Origin: a candidate division FCPU426 bacterium
GTDB lineage: Bacteria > Oederibacteriota > Muellerivitia > Muellerivitales > Muellerivitaceae
Direction of reading: 5' to 3'
DNA length: 64,000 nucleotides
Assembly (NCBI GenBank): GCA_963719085.1
Contig: CAVRAL010000001.1
Span: forward strand, 1,184,001-1,248,000
In this document: positions 60,520 to 64,000 of the stretch, one piece after another
How the letters are laid out: each line of letters begins with the position of its first letter
How positions within the stretch are numbered: position 1 is the stretch's first letter
The notes under the pieces: generated by a model
What the model was told of the DNA's origin: nothing
Databases searched by the model: none
Seen by the model: the letters and a program-made list of their open reading frames with translations, nothing else
Made by a program: the position numbers and the translations under genes

Positions 60520-63500
60520 ATGGAAAAAACTAACCGAATTCGCGCCCGCTTCCAGTCCACCTTATCTTTGGTGGCCCTCGCGTTTCTATTGCTTCCTTCT
60601 AAGACGCTTGCCGCCGCCATCAACTACACCGGAACTTCTTACTGTCCGACCTACACAACCTTTACCGTAAGTGAACAAGAAACCGCCTATGACTTGAATA
60701 CTTCCAGCCCGACTACTTTGGGCGCATGCGGCGTTAATGAGAAAATGTTTGACTCGACCCATTATGCCGCCATTGAACCGGGCGATTGGGAAAACGGAGC
60801 GGCTTGCGGCGCATGCGCGGTTTTAAATTACAACACCCACGCGACCACCGTCATGATCGTGGATGAATGCGCGACTTGCGGAAACGGCTCCCATCATCTT
60901 GACCTTTCCTACACCGCCTACGGGGAGTTGGTCGGCTCCCCTGGTTGCGCCACCCCGACCGGTAGCGGCGGCGGCGTGAATACCGGCGGTTGTCCCGCCG
61001 CGCCAGGCGCCAACAGCACCACTTGGCATTTCATTCAATGCCCCCTTACCGGGGAAGCCGCCATCACCAACAGCAACGCCAGCGGTGATATCAGCTATAT
61101 CTTTAAGGACGGCTCATCGGCTGGTTGGCATCCCATTGAGTTCTGGGACACCCTTTTCCCTATTGCCTCAGTGGCGGTCGGAACCTCCTCAACCTCCTTC
61201 ACTAACGTTGCCCGCGACACCGGCGACACCCTTCCCGAATATTGGGGAGGCACCGGCGACCCCAGCAATGGCGACGGCACCCTTTACTACAAGATCACGG
61301 ACGACCGCGGCAATTCGGTGACTCTCGGCCCCATTACGGCCGCTTCCCCCGTCCGAAATTCAAACAACTCGTTCGTCCAGTTCGGATCCACCAGCATCCA
61401 ACTTCCCGCCTGCGTCACGGGCCCCACGAATACCTTCACGGTCACGCCGATTCCGGGAACTCCCACGAACACCCCAACCATCACCCGGACCTTCACCCCC
61501 ACCGCGACCATCACTCCCATCTCGGGTTGCGAAACATTCCTCTACAACGGAACGGCGCCCACCGCCAAAGCCAACGTCTCCACCAACCAGAATAACCTAA
61601 CCATCACCGAAACCACCGGCGCCGCCTATACCGCCGGAGGGGACACCGATGGCCTGAACCTGGCCGTCAACGTCGCCGCCAATACCTACTACGCCCTCAT
61701 GCAGCTCAACTGGTCGAATTACGCCAACGCCAAAACCATCAACTTATCGAATTACTCCGTGGTGCAATTTGACATCGACAACACCACCGCCGCGGCGTCG
61801 CCCATGACTTATACAGTCTCCCTCTCGGATTACACGGGAGCCGGAACCGGAGCTCCCGGCACCACCCAGTCCAATCCGGTCACGGTCGTGGTCACGGGAA
61901 CCGGATGGCAAACCATCAGCCTGCCCACATCCTCCTTTATGACGGGCGGGGCCAGCTATACCACCGCCAATGTCGGCGAGATTGATTTGGAACTGCTTAC
62001 CTCCGCCGCCGCCGAGACCGCCACGGTTTATTTTGACAGTCTGGGTTTTTACGGCGCCTGCGCCACCCCGACCCCCACGCCCACCGTCACTCGAACGAGG
62101 ACTCCCACTCCCACGCCGACCCAGACCAGCACGGTGACCGCTACCTTCACGCCCACCCAGTCCTTTACCATCACCCCAACCCGCACACCGACGCTCAGCC
62201 CCACGCAAACGTCCACCTTTACGCAAACTTTCACGCTGACGCAAACCGCCACCAAGACCTTTACCGGAACTCCCACGAATACTTTGACCGCCACTTCCAC
62301 CCGCACTCAAACCTCAACCCCCACGATCACGGACACTCCCGTGCCGGGCGCCACCAGCACTTTCACCGCGACCGTGACCTCAACCTTCACCACGACCTCG
62401 ACCCGGACCACTACCCCTACCGCCACCATTACCAACACCCCCGTCCCGGGAGCCACCAGTACCTTTACCGGAACCGCCACGACGACCTTCACCCAAACCT
62501 TGACCAAAACCCCGACCGCCACTCGTACCGCCACCTCCACGTCCACTCCAACGAACACCTCCACGCCTTTGTTCACCTTCACCGCCACCCAGACACCCCT
62601 GTTCAGCTATACGCCGACCTTCACCCCGACCATTACCCCGACCCCCACCATCACCGACACTTTCACGTCAACCTTTACAGCCACACCCTCCGGAACCCCC
62701 ACCAATACCGCGACGGTCACCGCCACTCAAACTTCGACCCATACGCCGACCATCACCTTGACGCCCACTCAAACCTTTACTCCGACCGCCACCGGCACGG
62801 GGACCTCTACCTGGACGCCAACTTTCAGCCCCACGTCGACTCAAACCCCGACTTTCACCAAAACCCCGACCAACAGCTTTACACCCACCTTCACCCTGAC
62901 CCCCACCAACACCTATACCCCAACCTTTACCCCCACGATGACCTTCACGCCGGTTCCGGCCTCGGTTAATGTTTCTACCGGCCCTTCGAATCCGCCGAAT
63001 AGCGGTTCCATCCCGGGCGCCGCCAATGTTTCGGTGATGCAATTGCAAGCCACCAATACCAACGCCGAGGCCGCGACCCTGACCGGTGTGACCTTGACGG
63101 CGTCGGGAACCGGAAATTCCAACAACGGCGTCCAGGTTTACATCTATTTGGATAATTCCGGCGATGGTACGGTGGGATCCGGCACGACCCTTTTGGCTAC
63201 GGGAACCTACGCGGGAAACACCCTGACCCTGACCTTCAACCAACCGCTTCCCGCTTCTTCCACGGTCAAATTGCTGATCGCCTACACCTTCTCGGGAACC
63301 GCCACGGCCGGCACCTATCAAGCCGCCGTCAACCTGAACTCGAATATCACCGGTACCACCGCCGGATCCAACGTCGCCATCCAGGTCACGGGCGCCCCGG
63401 TTTTAAGCTCGGTCGTCACGATCGCCGAGCCAACGGCCACCTCCACCGCTACGGCGACCCCGACAGCCACTTGGACGCCGACAATTACCTTTACGCCTGT

Positions 63501-63786
63501 GCCTTCCACCTTCTTCATCTCGGAAAACGTGATCACGCCGACCTCTGGTCCGGTTTCGATTTATGTCAGCTTCCCGGAAGCCGGTAAGTACGAGATGAAG
63601 ATCTACAACTCAAACGGGGAATTCATTAAAGATTTGGGTCAGGGCGTCAGTTCGGGCGTCAACAGCTATTCCTTCTCCTGGGCCGGCACCAATTACTTGA
63701 ACCAACCCTGCGCCAGCGGCATTTATATCATTTATTTCCTTCAGCCTTTGGGCGTCAAAGAAGCCAAAATCCTCCTGATCCGCTGA
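60520..63786 (+). CDS. Secreted expansin-like multidomain protein with long Thr/Pro linker and FlgD-Ig-like C-terminal domain
   Basis: GACG, YAAI...[20 protein letters not shown] (DPBB), then FKDGSSAGW (expansin D2-like); start may be TTG 60511. Confidence 0.85.
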   Translation: MEKTNRIRARFQSTLSLVALAFLLLPSKTLAAAINYTGTSYCPTYTTFTVSEQETAYDLNTSSPTTLGACGVNEKMFDSTHYAAIEPGDWENGAACGACAVLNYNTHATTVMIVDECATCGNGSHHLDLSYTAYGELVGSPGCATPTGSGGGVNTGGCPAAPGANSTTWHFIQCPLTGEAAITNSNASGDISYIFKDGSSAGWHPIEFWDTLFPIASVAVGTSSTSFTNVARDTGDTLPEYWGGTGDPSNGDGTLYYKITDDRGNSVTLGPITAASPVRNSNNSFVQFGSTSIQLPACVTGPTNTFTVTPIPGTPTNTPTITRTFTPTATITPISGCETFLYNGTAPTAKANVSTNQNNLTITETTGAAYTAGGDTDGLNLAVNVAANTYYALMQLNWSNYANAKTINLSNYSVVQFDIDNTTAAASPMTYTVSLSDYTGAGTGAPGTTQSNPVTVVVTGTGWQTISLPTSSFMTGGASYTTANVGEIDLELLTSAAAETATVYFDSLGFYGACATPTPTPTVTRTRTPTPTPTQTSTVTATFTPTQSFTITPTRTPTLSPTQTSTFTQTFTLTQTATKTFTGTPTNTLTATSTRTQTSTPTITDTPVPGATSTFTATVTSTFTTTSTRTTTPTATITNTPVPGATSTFTGTATTTFTQTLTKTPTATRTATSTSTPTNTSTPLFTFTATQTPLFSYTPTFTPTITPTPTITDTFTSTFTATPSGTPTNTATVTATQTSTHTPTITLTPTQTFTPTATGTGTSTWTPTFSPTSTQTPTFTKTPTNSFTPTFTLTPTNTYTPTFTPTMTFTPVPASVNVSTGPSNPPNSGSIPGAANVSVMQLQATNTNAEAATLTGVTLTASGTGNSNNGVQVYIYLDNSGDGTVGSGTTLLATGTYAGNTLTLTFNQPLPASSTVKLLIAYTFSGTATAGTYQAAVNLNSNITGTTAGSNVAIQVTGAPVLSSVVTIAEPTATSTATATPTATWTPTITFTPVPSTFFISENVITPTSGPVSIYVSFPEAGKYEMKIYNSNGEFIKDLGQGVSSGVNSYSFSWAGTNYLNQPCASGIYIIYFLQPLGVKEAKILLIR

Positions 63787-63823
63787 CCCAGCCGTTTTTC
63801 GTTTTCGTCTTTCCCCCGCTTGA

Positions 63824-64000
<177 letters not shown>

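Noticed and set aside
62060..62960. ACC/CCC-rich periodic DNA as a nucleotide repeat element
   Set aside because: Explained by Thr/Pro codons; third positions vary

Overview
Core-chromosome segment of a GC-moderate, probably diderm bacterium; the Thr/Pro-rich secreted proteins ending in a FlgD-Ig-like domain recall candidate phylum FCPU426 (unverified impression). About 60 CDSs: housekeeping genes (nadK, nth, ychF, pepA, serA, tig-clpP-clpX after tRNA-Leu(TAG), glpD, trxB, msrA), two paralogous ABC-2 exporter operons, many signalling genes (CHASE2 cyclase with a FecR/beta-barrel/lipoprotein operon, ECF sigma module, Rcp1/DGC/MASE1 kinase, PilZ-MCP, a divergent active/degenerate EAL pair each behind a sigma54 promoter), an orphan flgE and two large secreted proteins, one expansin-like. 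No transposase, integrase, phage or CRISPR array is visible. The most unusual signal is non-coding. Ten intergenic palindromes have arms built of tandem 10-mer or 8-mer units, and two carry the same 79-bp twin-hairpin element at the identical nucleotide, whose two 13-nt loops are inverted copies of a motif with a variable 5-nt core. Also seen: a tandem duplication with inverted ends at a BON gene, a candidate structured leader before a GDT1/TMEM165 transporter, Rex/CRP-like boxes at the serine operon and several apparently leaderless genes. Several start codons were moved from the ORF track using RBS/promoter context. All family calls are from motif recognition, not database searches.
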